Shown here: piece by piece, positions 34,833 through 45,066 of the stretch
Position numbering within the stretch: the first letter of the stretch is position 1
How the letters are laid out: each line of letters begins with the position of its first letter
Assembly (NCBI GenBank): GCA_964622205.1
Contig: CAZUPA010000004.1
Coordinates: 1,622-62,187, forward strand
DNA from: an uncultured Sphaerobacteraceae bacterium
Lineage (GTDB): Bacteria; Chloroflexota; Chloroflexia; Thermomicrobiales; UBA6265
Direction: 5' to 3'
Length of the DNA: 60,566 nucleotides
Made by a program: the position numbers and the translations under genes
Notes under the pieces: generated by a model
Told to the model about the DNA's origin: nothing
The model's database searches: none
Seen by the model: only the letters and a program-made list of their open reading frames with translations

Positions 34833-37184
34833 ATGAGACGAGATCGGCAGATTGCCCTGCTGCTCAATGACGCGATGAACGGTGGCCTGAGCCGTCGCGA
34901 CGTAGTGCGACGCACCACCGCCCTTGGCCTCGGCATGCCCGCGTTTATCGCCCTCCTGGGACGCGCCCAGGCTGCCCAGGCGCGCCAGGGCCACAGCCCG
35001 GTGGCATCGCCCGCGGCGGCGGCCGGCCCGCCGGTGGCCGAGGTCATCCCCTCCACCCGCGAGTTCGAGGGGCGGGAAATCGTCGATCCTTATGCCTGGC
35101 TCGAGAATCCCGACGATCCGAACGTTATCGCCTACCTGGAAGCCGAAAACGCCTATACCGAAAGCGTCCTTGCCCCGACGAAGGACCTGCAAGACACCCT
35201 CTACAACGAGTTTATTGCCCGTATTCCGCAGGACACCAGCCAGGTTCCCTATCGTATCGGCGACTATTACTACTACGCACGATTCGAGGAAGGCAAAGCC
35301 TACGAGATTATCGCCCGGCGGCTTGGCAGTCCGGACGCCGAGGAGGAAATCCTGCTCGATCTCAACGAAATGGCCGGTGAATACCTGGTGCTTGTGGCGT
35401 TCACGCCCAGCCCCGATCACCGCTATATCAGTTGCGTGCTGGACGAGTCTGGCGGTCTCGACTACACGATCCATGTGCTCGATACAACCACCGGCGAGAT
35501 GCTGGAAGACGTGATCCCTGGCGCCGATGGATGCGCCTGGGCCAACGACAACGCAACCCTCGTGTACACGCGCCTCGATGACGCGCTCCGGCCATTCGAG
35601 GTCCTGACCCACACGCTTGGCGACGACCCAGCAAGCGACCCCGTGCTCCTCACCGAGCCAGACGAAATCTTTGGCCTGTACCTGTTCAAGCCGAACGACG
35701 GCCGGCACATCATTGTGACTCCCTATGCCTACGGGACGACCGAAGCCCTCTATATCGATGCCGATGGCCCGGACTTCGAGCCGCAAATGCTCGCCGCCCG
35801 TCGTGAAGGTATCGAAATCTATGCCGACCATGGAACAGCCGGCTTCCTGATGTTCACCAACGAGGACGCCCCCAACTTCAAGATCGTCGTCTCGGCGGAC
35901 GACGCGGCGTCACCCGTCTGGACGGACCTGGTTCCGGCGCTGGAAAGCCGCCTGATCGATGGCTTCGACGTGCTCCGCGACTATCTGGGGGTCTACGGCC
36001 GAGAGCATGGCTTTTCCCAGGTCTGGACCTATTCGTTCGCGGACGATTCCCTCACTCCCATCCCGTTCGACGAGGAGTCGTACACGGTCTACCCAGGAAT
36101 CAACCTCGACTTCGAGGCCACCACCCTGCGCATCGGCTACACATCGATGGTGACGCCGTATACAGACTACGAGATTGATCTGGAAACCAACGAGAAGACG
36201 CTGCTCCAGCAGTCCGAGGTGCGCGGGAATCACGATCCCGATGCCTACGTTACCGAGCGCGTTTTCGCCACCGCCCCAGATGGCACGGAAATCCCCATCT
36301 CCCTCGTCTACCGGGCCGATCTCCGGAATGGCGAGCCAATGCCGCTCCGCCTGGACGGCTACGGGGCGTATGGCATCAACTCCGAGCCCGAGTTCAGCGC
36401 GCTTCGCCTTTCCCTCATCAACCGTGGCGCCATCTATGCCATCGCCCACGTTCGCGGCGGCTCCGAGCTGGGCAGGTACTGGTGGGACGAAGGCAAGCTC
36501 CTGGACAAGAAGAACACCTTCACCGACTACATCGCCTGCGCCGAGCACCTCGTCAGCCAGGGCTACACCACGGCTGACCGTCTCCTCGGCAACGGCGCAA
36601 GCGCTGGGGGGCTGCTGATGGGCGCGGCCGCCAACATGGCTCCCGATCGCTTCGGCGCCATCGTTGCCGATGTGCCGTTTGTCGATGTGCTCCGCGTGAT
36701 GCTCGATCCCACCCTGCCTCTCACCACCGGTGAATATGTGGAATGGGGTAATCCCGCCGAGGATGAGTACTACGAGTACATCAAGAGTTACTCGCCATAC
36801 GACAACGTCACCGCCCAGGGCTACCCGGCCCTCTACATCACCGGCGGCATCAACGACGATCAGGTGCCCTACTGGCAGCCGGCCAAGTGGACCGCCAAAC
36901 TGCGCGCCACGAAGACGGATGACAACGTGCTATTGCTCAAGGTCAACCTGGGCGCCGGCCACCAGGGCGCTTCCGGCCGCGACGCATTCTACGTCGAGAC
37001 CGCCGAGATGTACGCCTTCATGCTGACCCAGATGGGGATCGCTGGCGTGGAGGACGACACCATTTCCGGCAAGGTGGTTCCAGCGGGTTTGGCCATGGGC
37101 CGGTCGCTCGCCACGCGAACGGTGGCCAACCGGGCGAAGGCGGCGATCCAGGCGGACGCCCGCCGCGTTCGCGACCGGTACTAA
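34833..37184 (+). CDS. ptrB: Oligopeptidase B (S9A prolyl oligopeptidase family), Tat-exported
   Basis: Tat signal SRRDVVRRTTALG. DPYAWLE, AYLEAEN, G.SAGGLLMG (Ser), GINDDQV (Asp) and GAGHQG (His) are all present. There is a ~50-aa C-terminal extension. Confidence 0.85.
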   Translation: MRRDRQIALLLNDAMNGGLSRRDVVRRTTALGLGMPAFIALLGRAQAAQARQGHSPVASPAAAAGPPVAEVIPSTREFEGREIVDPYAWLENPDDPNVIAYLEAENAYTESVLAPTKDLQDTLYNEFIARIPQDTSQVPYRIGDYYYYARFEEGKAYEIIARRLGSPDAEEEILLDLNEMAGEYLVLVAFTPSPDHRYISCVLDESGGLDYTIHVLDTTTGEMLEDVIPGADGCAWANDNATLVYTRLDDALRPFEVLTHTLGDDPASDPVLLTEPDEIFGLYLFKPNDGRHIIVTPYAYGTTEALYIDADGPDFEPQMLAARREGIEIYADHGTAGFLMFTNEDAPNFKIVVSADDAASPVWTDLVPALESRLIDGFDVLRDYLGVYGREHGFSQVWTYSFADDSLTPIPFDEESYTVYPGINLDFEATTLRIGYTSMVTPYTDYEIDLETNEKTLLQQSEVRGNHDPDAYVTERVFATAPDGTEIPISLVYRADLRNGEPMPLRLDGYGAYGINSEPEFSALRLSLINRGAIYAIAHVRGGSELGRYWWDEGKLLDKKNTFTDYIACAEHLVSQGYTTADRLLGNGASAGGLLMGAAANMAPDRFGAIVADVPFVDVLRVMLDPTLPLTTGEYVEWGNPAEDEYYEYIKSYSPYDNVTAQGYPALYITGGINDDQVPYWQPAKWTAKLRATKTDDNVLLLKVNLGAGHQGASGRDAFYVETAEMYAFMLTQMGIAGVEDDTISGKVVPAGLAMGRSLATRTVANRAKAAIQADARRVRDRY

Positions 37185-37271
37185 CCAGTCGACTTCTCGC
37201 GTCACGGGTCCGGCCAGCCTGGCCGGACCCACTTGGGTTGGCTCCGATGGGTGCGTGGTCATGGAGCGACG

Positions 37272-37496
37272 TTACGGGGCCGGGGTTCCTTCGCTGGCCG
37301 CGGTCACCGTGGGCGTTTCGTCTCCATCGTCGCCCAGGATTTCCTCGCGGAACCCGAAACCAGCCACCGCGATCGCCACCAGGATCGCCAGCAATCCCGC
37401 GAACGGCCGGCCCCGGATCACGAAGAACACACCCGCCAGCAGGCAGGCTCCGGCCACGATGATCGTGATGTCGAACAGGCTCACCCGGACATCCAC
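37272..37496 (-). CDS. Small two-TM membrane protein, hypothetical
   Basis: 74 aa with two clear hydrophobic helices and an acidic tail. GTG start with a weak RBS. This is the only plausible ORF in a 547-nt gap. Confidence 0.35.
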   Translation of the reverse strand: MDVRVSLFDITIIVAGACLLAGVFFVIRGRPFAGLLAILVAIAVAGFGFREEILGDDGDETPTVTAASEGTPAP

Positions 37497-37731
37497 CTCG
37501 CCATTCCCGCCAGCCCCGGCTGGTCAGGTACATCGCACATAATCGCTCACCGGCGTTCAGGTCCCGCGCCCTCCAGTTCCGGCAGTCATGATCGTACCGC
37601 GCCCATCGCGATACGTCGCCCTGGAATCAGCGCGTACAATTGGCGCAGGTCACACGATGAATTGCCCGGGGATATGCCAGACCGCGATGGTTGGTTCATG
37701 ACCCCGGATTTGGCGAGCGAAAGGAAACGGC

Positions 37732-38436
37732 GTGCGCAGGTTCGCAACACTCTTCTCCATGATTGTCCTCGCGGGATTGCTCGTTGCCTGTGGTGGCGAC
37801 GATGACAACGACGAGCCTACCGTGGCGCCCACGGCCGCCGTCACCCCGACGACCCAGATCGAGCCAACCGAGGCGGACGCCCCGAACGCCGCCACGCCCG
37901 TCGCGTCCCCGGACGCCTCGCCCGTCGCGTCGCCAGTGGTCGACGTGGCCGCCTCGCCGGTGATTGGTGTCCCATCCATCGAGGTTGCGTCGCCCATCGC
38001 CTCTCCGGTCGATACAGCCATTCCGGGAGCATCGCCGGTCGCGGACGCCTCGCCCGTCGCCGGGGCGCCGCCTGTTGGTGAAGGCGCGACGGATGACGAG
38101 GAACCGGCGGAAGTCCGGCTGCTTAGCGGGACCGTCAACCTCCCCGGCGCCGTCAACGAGCGCTTCGTGATTTCAGGCGATGGCTGTGTCGGTCTCGGCC
38201 GCTATGCTGGAGTCCAGGCGGGGCAGCAGGTGGTAATCAAGGACGAACGTGGCGCCATCGTCGCGGTCACCACGCTCGCCGCCACCGACAGCCAGGTCGA
38301 TTGCAGTTGGACGTTCGAGGCGGAAGTCCCGGTTTCGGATTTCTACGCGGTCTCTCTCCCGCTCATCGCCGAGCACGTCTTCACCGGCGACGATGTCTCC
38401 CGGACCAATGGCGATGTGCATCTGACCCTTCCGTAG
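37732..38436 (+). CDS. Lipoprotein, hypothetical
   Basis: Lipobox LLVAC|GG. A low-complexity (D)ASPVA repeat linker contains a 19-nt exact DNA repeat. The C-terminal globular domain has two Cys. Confidence 0.65.
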   Translation: MRRFATLFSMIVLAGLLVACGGDDDNDEPTVAPTAAVTPTTQIEPTEADAPNAATPVASPDASPVASPVVDVAASPVIGVPSIEVASPIASPVDTAIPGASPVADASPVAGAPPVGEGATDDEEPAEVRLLSGTVNLPGAVNERFVISGDGCVGLGRYAGVQAGQQVVIKDERGAIVAVTTLAATDSQVDCSWTFEAEVPVSDFYAVSLPLIAEHVFTGDDVSRTNGDVHLTLP

Positions 38437-38483
38437 GGCAGGCCCCGGACTCCGGCCAGCGCCGCTTGATACGAAGGTCACTG

Positions 38484-38525
38484 GACCATCCCGCCCGCCA
38501 GGCGGGATGGTCTGGCGTTGTTTGC
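38484..38525 (+). terminator. Intrinsic terminator after the lipoprotein gene
   Basis: 12-bp stem GACCATCCCGCC / GGCGGGATGGTC with a 5-nt loop, followed by a GTTGTTTG tail. Confidence 0.6.
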
Positions 38526-38879
38526 GATAACAGATATATCATTTCGTCCATCTCCCCGAAATACAGACGAAAACACCCTATTCCTTTGGCCTTGAGTCAC
38601 GCATACGTACAGCGCAGTGCGGGAGGCACACCCCGATGGTGGGAATCCGGGGATGAAACACCGGGTCATGATGGCCATGTAGAGGGTGGACATCTCAAAA
38701 GGACTACTGCACAATGGCCCCACGTACACAAACCCATGGGGTATACCTTTCCGGCCCACCAGCGAAAGGAGCGTTCGCGAGAGCGTATTGACCAACCCTG
38801 ACGTGTACACAGGGTACCGTCAAAGGAACCAGCAGAACATCAGGGAAGTGTTTCCACACATCAGGAGAAAGAGTCAGTC

Positions 38880-40652
38880 ATGGACGAAGTGACAAACAAT
38901 CGCCTTTCTCGTCGAACGCTCGTCGGAGCAGCCGGGGCTGTTCCGGCCATCGCCCTCGCGGGAACCGCCGCCGCCGCGCCAGCCTCCGAACAGGCCACCT
39001 CCAGGGCGATAGCCCAGGACGCCAACCTGCCAACCCCCCGCGAGCAGACCGTCGTCATCGAGCAATCGATCATCAACGTCTGGGACAGTTTCAATCCATT
39101 CATTCCGAACGGTGAGGCCTATCAGTACGGCTACGGACAGATCTGTCGTGAGTCCATGTTTTATGCGAACTTCCTCACTGGCGAAATCCGCCCCTGGCTG
39201 GCCGAAGGATACGTATACAACGACGATTTCACGCAATGCACGCTGACGTTGAAGTCGAACGTAACCTGGAATGACGGCGAGCCGTTCACCGCCAACGACG
39301 TGGTGTTCACGCAGACCCTCTTGCTGGAGAACCCGCAATTCAACCAGGCCGCGGCCGCCATTCGCGATGTCGCCTCGGTTTCCGCTACCGACGATCAGAC
39401 GGTGGTCTGGGAATTGACCGCCCCCAATCCCCGTTTCCACTACCGTTTCCTGGCCGGTATTGTCAACGACGGGTTGCGGGTGGTGCCGCAACACATCTGG
39501 GAAGGTGAGGATGCGGGGACGTTCAAGTTCAACCCACCGGTGCAAACCGGACCGTACGTGCTGCAAGAGGCGTCCAGTTCGAAGCTCTACTACCACTGGG
39601 TGAAGGCTCCCAACTACTGGAACAGCGCCGAGTTGGACCCCGCGCCGGAAAATGTGATCTTCCGGCAGGTGGGCGAGGTCGATGCGTCGGTTCAGGCCTT
39701 CCTGGCCGGCAACATCGACATTGGAAGCATCGACTACCTGAACCAGCAGGTCATCGAGAGCCAGTACGATCAGACGGCCCGGTTCGACTTTCCCGACCCT
39801 TGTACCCGCGGCTTTTATTTCAACACCGATTCGCCGAGTGGCCTCTTCGCCACACCCGAGGGCCGCTGGGTGATGTCGCACCTGATCGACCGTGAGGTGA
39901 TCGGCACCACCATCTGGCAACCATCGTCTCGCCCCGCCACCTATCCCTGGGCGGACTACGATGGCTGGCAGCCATGGGCGCCCGCCGAGGTGATGGATCA
40001 GTTCGACCTCACCTACAATGTGGAAAAGGCCAACGAGTTGCTCGACGCGATGGGCGCCACCGAGCGCGATGGCGATATCCGCATCCTCAACGGCAATCCA
40101 CTCCGGCTGACCATGATTACCCCATCCCAGACCACTGGCCTGGAGTATCAAATCGGCTCCTCCTTCGCCAACACAGCCCGCGAAGCGGGCATCGAAGTCG
40201 AACTCAAGAGCCTGCCTGGCTCGGCGTTCGGCGATGCCTTCAACACCGGCGAATATGACCTGAGCTGCCACTGGATCTGCGGCATGCAGTTCGATCCGAA
40301 TCAGCTCTACCAGAACTTCCATTCCCGCATGTACAAGCCGGTTGGCGAGCGCACGGAAGGTGACCAGGCCTCGGCCCGGCTCCAGAGCCCGGAACTCGAT
40401 GCGCTCATCGAGCAACTCGACACCATCGACGTCGAGGCCGAAGCCAGCAAGCCGGTCTTCGACGACACCCTCAACGTGTTCATGACCGAACTGCCAGCGG
40501 TGGCGAGCATCCAGACGATCTATCCCACGTTCTTCAATACGCAGTACTGGGTTGGTTGGCCATCGGCCGACGATCCGTACACGATTCCCGCCAACTGGTG
40601 GAGCCATTTCCTGTTTGCGATCGCCAACCTGCAGCCAGCGGGCGAGAGCTAG
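38880..40652 (+). CDS. ABC transporter substrate-binding protein, family 5 (peptide/nickel type), Tat signal
   Basis: SRRTLVGAAGAVPAIALAG signal. The length and blocks are typical of the DppA/OppA family. Confidence 0.85.
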   Translation: MDEVTNNRLSRRTLVGAAGAVPAIALAGTAAAAPASEQATSRAIAQDANLPTPREQTVVIEQSIINVWDSFNPFIPNGEAYQYGYGQICRESMFYANFLTGEIRPWLAEGYVYNDDFTQCTLTLKSNVTWNDGEPFTANDVVFTQTLLLENPQFNQAAAAIRDVASVSATDDQTVVWELTAPNPRFHYRFLAGIVNDGLRVVPQHIWEGEDAGTFKFNPPVQTGPYVLQEASSSKLYYHWVKAPNYWNSAELDPAPENVIFRQVGEVDASVQAFLAGNIDIGSIDYLNQQVIESQYDQTARFDFPDPCTRGFYFNTDSPSGLFATPEGRWVMSHLIDREVIGTTIWQPSSRPATYPWADYDGWQPWAPAEVMDQFDLTYNVEKANELLDAMGATERDGDIRILNGNPLRLTMITPSQTTGLEYQIGSSFANTAREAGIEVELKSLPGSAFGDAFNTGEYDLSCHWICGMQFDPNQLYQNFHSRMYKPVGERTEGDQASARLQSPELDALIEQLDTIDVEAEASKPVFDDTLNVFMTELPAVASIQTIYPTFFNTQYWVGWPSADDPYTIPANWWSHFLFAIANLQPAGES

Positions 40653-40659
40653 CCGACCG

Positions 40660-40688
40660 CCGGGGCGGTGGCATTGCCACCGCCCCGG
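40660..40688 (+). terminator. Perfect 13-bp hairpin directly after the SBP gene (intercistronic attenuator/stabiliser)
   Basis: CCGGGGCGGTGGC-ATT-GCCACCGCCCCGG, followed by CGTCTTCGT. Confidence 0.55.
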
Positions 40689-40808
40689 CGTCTTCGTAAC
40701 GTGGTATTCGGGTTCCGCCAAGAACCCATCTCCACGCTGGGCCAAATGTGACCTCCATGCGCATCGCGCCGATGGGTGGCGGTATCCGGGGGTCCCAGGA
40801 GTTCCTTC

Positions 40809-41900
40809 ATGGTTGTAGGCATGCCCTCGGTCGGCGATATCGAACCCGGCATCGAGGACGAACAGGTCGAAGCGCAGAGCGGGCGTTTGAGCCCCACCGC
40901 CAGGTACATCCTGCGACGGTTGGGACTGTACGTCATCACGCTCTGGGGTGCTCTCACCGCATCTTTTTTCTTTTTCCGGATGCTGCCGGGAGACCCAATT
41001 TCGGGCATCATCTCCCAGTTGCAAACGCGCGGTCAGTACTCGTCGATCGACGGTTCGCAGGACATGGTCGAGCACTATCGGCAAGAGTTCGGGCTCGATG
41101 GCTCTCTCGGGGACCAGTACATCAGCTATTACAGGAAGATTTTCACTGATTTCGATTTTGGACCTTCGGTGTTGAGCTATCCCACGCCCGCCACCGACCT
41201 TATCCTTCGCGCGTTGCCGTGGACGCTTACGTTAATCGGCGTTTCCACCATACTGGGTTGGCTCATCGGGGTGCTGCTGGGAACGCTGATTGCCTGGAAG
41301 CGCAAGTCCCGCTGGGCAGAATGGTCGACCAATTTTACCCTTGCCTTCTCCCATATCCCGGCCTATTTCGTGGCGTTGATTCTGATCATTTTTCTTGCCT
41401 ATCGCCTGCCAATCTTTCCCTCCAGTGGCGCCTACGATACGAGTCTGCAACCTTCATGGTCGCTCGAATTCATTGTGAGCGTGGCAAAATACGCAGCCTT
41501 GCCGATCCTGGCCACCGCCATCGTCGGCGCCGCTGGCTGGCTGATTTCGACCCGCGCGCTTGTCATCAGCATTCTGGGTGAGGACTTCCTTACCTTCGCA
41601 TCGGCCAAGGGGCTTTCAAACCGCCGGGTGTTGACATCCTACGTATTGCGCAACGCCTGGTTGCCGCAGATCGCCGCCCTGGGTTTGGCGATGGGCAGTG
41701 TGGTGAGCGGGAACGTCCTGATCGAACGCCTCTTCCGGTATCCGGGAGTGGGCAACCTGTTGATCGACTCGGTGATCATCAAGGATGTCAATACGGCCAT
41801 GGCCGTGGTGACACTATTGATATTCCTGGTGCTGACGATCAACCTGATCATCGATCTCTGCCTGCCGTTGATCGACCCGCGCGTCAAGCTGGTTGGCTAA
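40809..41900 (+). CDS. ABC peptide transporter permease (DppB/OppB-like)
   Basis: YILRRLG..V...G N-terminus and a BPD-transporter EAA-type loop (SAKGLS.RRVL..YVLRNA). AGGAG lies 7 nt upstream. Confidence 0.85.
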   Translation: MVVGMPSVGDIEPGIEDEQVEAQSGRLSPTARYILRRLGLYVITLWGALTASFFFFRMLPGDPISGIISQLQTRGQYSSIDGSQDMVEHYRQEFGLDGSLGDQYISYYRKIFTDFDFGPSVLSYPTPATDLILRALPWTLTLIGVSTILGWLIGVLLGTLIAWKRKSRWAEWSTNFTLAFSHIPAYFVALILIIFLAYRLPIFPSSGAYDTSLQPSWSLEFIVSVAKYAALPILATAIVGAAGWLISTRALVISILGEDFLTFASAKGLSNRRVLTSYVLRNAWLPQIAALGLAMGSVVSGNVLIERLFRYPGVGNLLIDSVIIKDVNTAMAVVTLLIFLVLTINLIIDLCLPLIDPRVKLVG

Positions 41901-41918
41901 CGCTCACCGGAGGTATCC

Positions 41919-42776
41919 ATGGTTTTCGTTCGACTTTTTCGCGAAAGTGGCAAATTCCGGCTCGGGGTGATCATCACGCTTGGCCTGATCGTGCTTGCGC
42001 TGTTGCGCGATCCCCTGCTCAGGCTCGCCATCGGTGATGTGGATCCCATGAAAGTCGGCTCGTTCGGCATCTTCGTCGACCCCAGCAGCGACCATTGGCT
42101 GGGAACCGACCGGTTCGGCCGCGATGTCCTGGGCCTGGTCCTCATCGCCCTGCCTGTTTCGCTCACCGTGGCCTTCCTTGCCGGGGCGCTCTCAACGGTG
42201 CTGGGTGCGGTCATTGGCATGGTTGCCGGCTACAAGGGCGGCAGAACCGACAGCACGCTGCGCACCATCACCGACATGTTCATCGTTATCCCAACCCTTC
42301 CGCTGATTATCATCCTCGCCGCCAACACCCGGAACCTTGGCTCCTTGAGACTCGCGTTGGTTCTGGCGCTGTTTAGCTGGCCATTCGCCGCCCGGGTCAT
42401 TCGTACCCAGGTGATGTCGCTGCGCGAGCGCCCCTATGTGGAACTCTCGCGGATGACCAATCTCTCGGACCGGCAAATCGTCTTCGGTGACATCCTCCCC
42501 GGCATGGCGCCGTTCGTCGCCATCGGGTTTGCCCAGGCGTCCGTTGGCGCCGCCTTCGCGCTCGTCGGCCTTACCATCCTTGGCCTCGGCCCGTCCAGCC
42601 AGATGGACCTTGGCCGCATGATCAGCGAAGCCCTCGGCTATGGCGTGATCTCGCTGGGCAAGGAGTTGATCTTCGCGGTTCCGGTCATCCTGCTGATCCT
42701 GCTCTTCCTCGGTCTCGCGCTCATCAGCCAGGGCATGGAAGAGTTCTTCAATCCACGATTGCGTAGCCAGGCATGA
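41919..42776 (+). CDS. ABC peptide transporter permease (DppC/OppC-like)
   Basis: HWLGTD..GRD motif, six TM segments, RERPYVE loop. Confidence 0.85.
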   Translation: MVFVRLFRESGKFRLGVIITLGLIVLALLRDPLLRLAIGDVDPMKVGSFGIFVDPSSDHWLGTDRFGRDVLGLVLIALPVSLTVAFLAGALSTVLGAVIGMVAGYKGGRTDSTLRTITDMFIVIPTLPLIIILAANTRNLGSLRLALVLALFSWPFAARVIRTQVMSLRERPYVELSRMTNLSDRQIVFGDILPGMAPFVAIGFAQASVGAAFALVGLTILGLGPSSQMDLGRMISEALGYGVISLGKELIFAVPVILLILLFLGLALISQGMEEFFNPRLRSQA

Positions 42777-43927
42777 GCAGCCCCGACGACACGATGCCAA
42801 GGACAAACGCAATGGTAGATACCGCCGGTACGGCAACCCTCGAAACCACCCAGCCCCAATTGGCTCCGGAACCAGCCCGGCAGCCGCTGCTGGAAATCCA
42901 GGATCTCGCGATCCACTTCCGCTCCAAGCGCGGCCTGGCCCGCGTGGTCGATGGCACCACGCTCACCATCCATCGGAACGAAATCGTGGGTGTCGCCGGT
43001 GAGTCCGGATCGGGCAAGACGACCCTCGTCGAGGCGATCCTCCAGATCATCCGCTTTCCCAACCGCGAAACCCACGGCAAAGTCATCTTCCACCCGCGGT
43101 CCGGCGAGCCGATCGACCTGATGAAAGCCAACGAGCGGCAGATGCGCCGCCTGCGGCTCGACGAGATTGCCTACGTTCCCCAGGGCTCGATGAACTCGCT
43201 GAATCCCGTGGCCCGCATCGGCGACCAGATCGTGGACGGCATGCTCGACCATGGCATCAGCGCCCGTGAGGCCCGCTCTCGCATTCCCAACATCCTCGAG
43301 CGCGTGGGCCTGGAGGAACGCGTCGCCCGCCTCTATCCCCACGAACTCAGTGGTGGCATGAAGCAGCGCGTCATCATCGCCATCGCCATCTCGATGAGCC
43401 CATCCCTGATCATCGCCGACGAGCCGACCACCGCCCTCGACGTCAACGTGCAGCGCAGGATTCTCGCCACGCTTGCCGAACTCCGCGACGATCTCAATGT
43501 GGCGATCCTCATCGTGAGCCACGACCTTCCCGTGCACGCACAACTGGTGGATCGCATCGCTGTCATGTACGCCGGGCAGGTCGTCGAGGCCGGAGACATC
43601 CGCTCCACGGTCAAGACCTCGCTCCACCCGTACGCACGCGGCTTGATGAATGCCATCCCGTCCATCTCGAAACCGCGTGAACGGCTCGAAGGCATCAGGG
43701 GAGCAACCCCCAGCCCGCTCGCCTGGCCCCCTGGCTGTCGCTTTAACAATCGCTGCCCCCACGCCATGGATGTCTGCTTGAATGTTCCGCCGATGCTGGT
43801 GGAGGCCCAAACCGGCGAACGGGACACCCGCGACGGGATCGTCACGGTTGTCAAAGGCCGTCAGGTCGCCTGCCACATCTATCCGGAATCAACGCCCCCC
43901 ACGGCCAAGGGAGATGAAACGGCATGA
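42773..43927 (+). CDS. ABC transporter ATP-binding protein (DppD/OppD-like)
   Basis: Walker A GESGSGKT, signature LSGGMKQR, Walker B LIIADEPT. C-terminal oligopeptide domain with a CxxxC..C motif. ATGA overlap with the upstream gene. Confidence 0.9.
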   Translation: MSSPDDTMPRTNAMVDTAGTATLETTQPQLAPEPARQPLLEIQDLAIHFRSKRGLARVVDGTTLTIHRNEIVGVAGESGSGKTTLVEAILQIIRFPNRETHGKVIFHPRSGEPIDLMKANERQMRRLRLDEIAYVPQGSMNSLNPVARIGDQIVDGMLDHGISAREARSRIPNILERVGLEERVARLYPHELSGGMKQRVIIAIAISMSPSLIIADEPTTALDVNVQRRILATLAELRDDLNVAILIVSHDLPVHAQLVDRIAVMYAGQVVEAGDIRSTVKTSLHPYARGLMNAIPSISKPRERLEGIRGATPSPLAWPPGCRFNNRCPHAMDVCLNVPPMLVEAQTGERDTRDGIVTVVKGRQVACHIYPESTPPTAKGDETA

Positions 43928-44808
43928 GCACCCCCGCGGAGAGCAACACGCCACTGCTGGCCATGGACCGCGTCACCACCATCTTTGGCTCCAGTCGCAA
44001 CGCAACCGTCGCCAACGACAAGGTGTCGCTGGAACTCGCCGAATCGCCGCCACGGATCCTCAGCATCGTTGGCGAGAGCGGCTCTGGCAAGACCACCGCC
44101 GCCCGGACCCTGCTCGGCCTGCAGCCCCCCACCCATGGCAAGGCGCTCTGGCGCGGCAAGGACATCTACAAGCTCTCGCGCCGCGAACGGATGGAGTTTC
44201 GTAGCGATGTCCAGGCGGTGTTCCAGGATCCCTACGGAATCTACAACCCGTTCTATCGCATAAATCGCGTCTTCGACATGACGATCAAGCAGTTCAAGCT
44301 TGCATCGTCGGCGGCGGAACATGACAGGTTGATCGAAGAGGCGTTGGAGGTTGTTAACCTCCGCCCGCCCGATGTGCTCGGCCGCCACCCCCACCAGTTG
44401 AGCGGCGGTGAGCGCCAACGCGTCATGCTAGCCCGCGCCTATCTCATGAAGCCGCGCGTCATCGTCGCCGACGAAGCGATCTCGATGCTCGATGTCGCGG
44501 TCCGCGCCGTCATCATGAATATCCTGCTCGACTTCAAGGAACTCCAGGGCATCTCCACCCTCTTCATCACCCACGACCTGTCCGCCGCCTACTACCTTGG
44601 TGGCGACATCATGGTCATGCGCAAGGGACAGGTGGTCGAAACCGGCAACGTCGAAGAGGTGCTAAAGAACCCCCAGCATGTCTATACTCAGCTCCTGCTC
44701 GACTCGATCCCGTCGCCCGATCCCGACCAGCGGTGGGTTGCAAGCACTTCCGACATCGAGCGCCTCGAGGCAGAAGCCGGCGTCTCCGAACGCGCCGTGG
44801 TGTCGTAG
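43924..44808 (+). CDS. ABC transporter ATP-binding protein (DppF/OppF-like)
   Basis: Walker A GESGSGKT, signature LSGGERQR, Walker B VIVADEA. ATGA overlap with the upstream gene. Confidence 0.9.
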   Translation: MSTPAESNTPLLAMDRVTTIFGSSRNATVANDKVSLELAESPPRILSIVGESGSGKTTAARTLLGLQPPTHGKALWRGKDIYKLSRRERMEFRSDVQAVFQDPYGIYNPFYRINRVFDMTIKQFKLASSAAEHDRLIEEALEVVNLRPPDVLGRHPHQLSGGERQRVMLARAYLMKPRVIVADEAISMLDVAVRAVIMNILLDFKELQGISTLFITHDLSAAYYLGGDIMVMRKGQVVETGNVEEVLKNPQHVYTQLLLDSIPSPDPDQRWVASTSDIERLEAEAGVSERAVVS

Positions 44809-44829
44809 GCCGGCGGGTTCGGCACGCAC

Positions 44830-44861
44830 AAGGGCAGGTCGCCGATCGGTGACCTGCCCTT
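44830..44861. terminator. 32-nt near-perfect palindrome after the peptide ABC operon
   Basis: AAGGGCAGGTCGCCGATCGGTGACCTGCCCTT has one G-T wobble. The tail is T-poor. Confidence 0.5.
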
Positions 44862-45046
44862 CCTTGTCGCGCCCACGTCTCCGTGCTCCCGCCTGCCCCG
44901 GGAGGAAACCCATGCGTGGCGCGCGCCCGATGGCATGGCTGGATCTCGCTCCCAGCCAGGATTTCCGTACTGGGTTGACGAAGGGTCACGACACGGTTTG
45001 CGGAACGGTCAGTGGCAGCCATCTGCTACCATGTCCGCACTCCAGG

Positions 45047-45066
45047 ACTTCAAGGACACTTGAAGT
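45047..45066. promoter_or_regulatory. SoxR-box-like 7-4-7 palindrome
   Basis: ACTTCAAG-GACA-CTTGAAGT compared with the enterobacterial CCTCAAG-TTAA-CTTGAGG. It lies 26 nt upstream of the soxR ATG. Confidence 0.6.

Noticed and set aside
38630-38700. Cobalamin or NiCo riboswitch upstream of the peptide/nickel-type ABC operon (GGTGGGAATCCGG word)
   Set aside because: There is no B12 box (GCCACTG-like) and none of the other conserved cores I could recognise.
38874-41084. 736-aa minus-strand ORF opposite the peptide SBP gene. Similar long shadow ORFs occur at 14867-16090(-), 28828-30483(-), 45561-47072(+), 52673-54127(+) and 57107-58645(+).
   Set aside because: All lie antisense to genes with clear family signatures. 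They have no motifs, RBSs or sensible termini.
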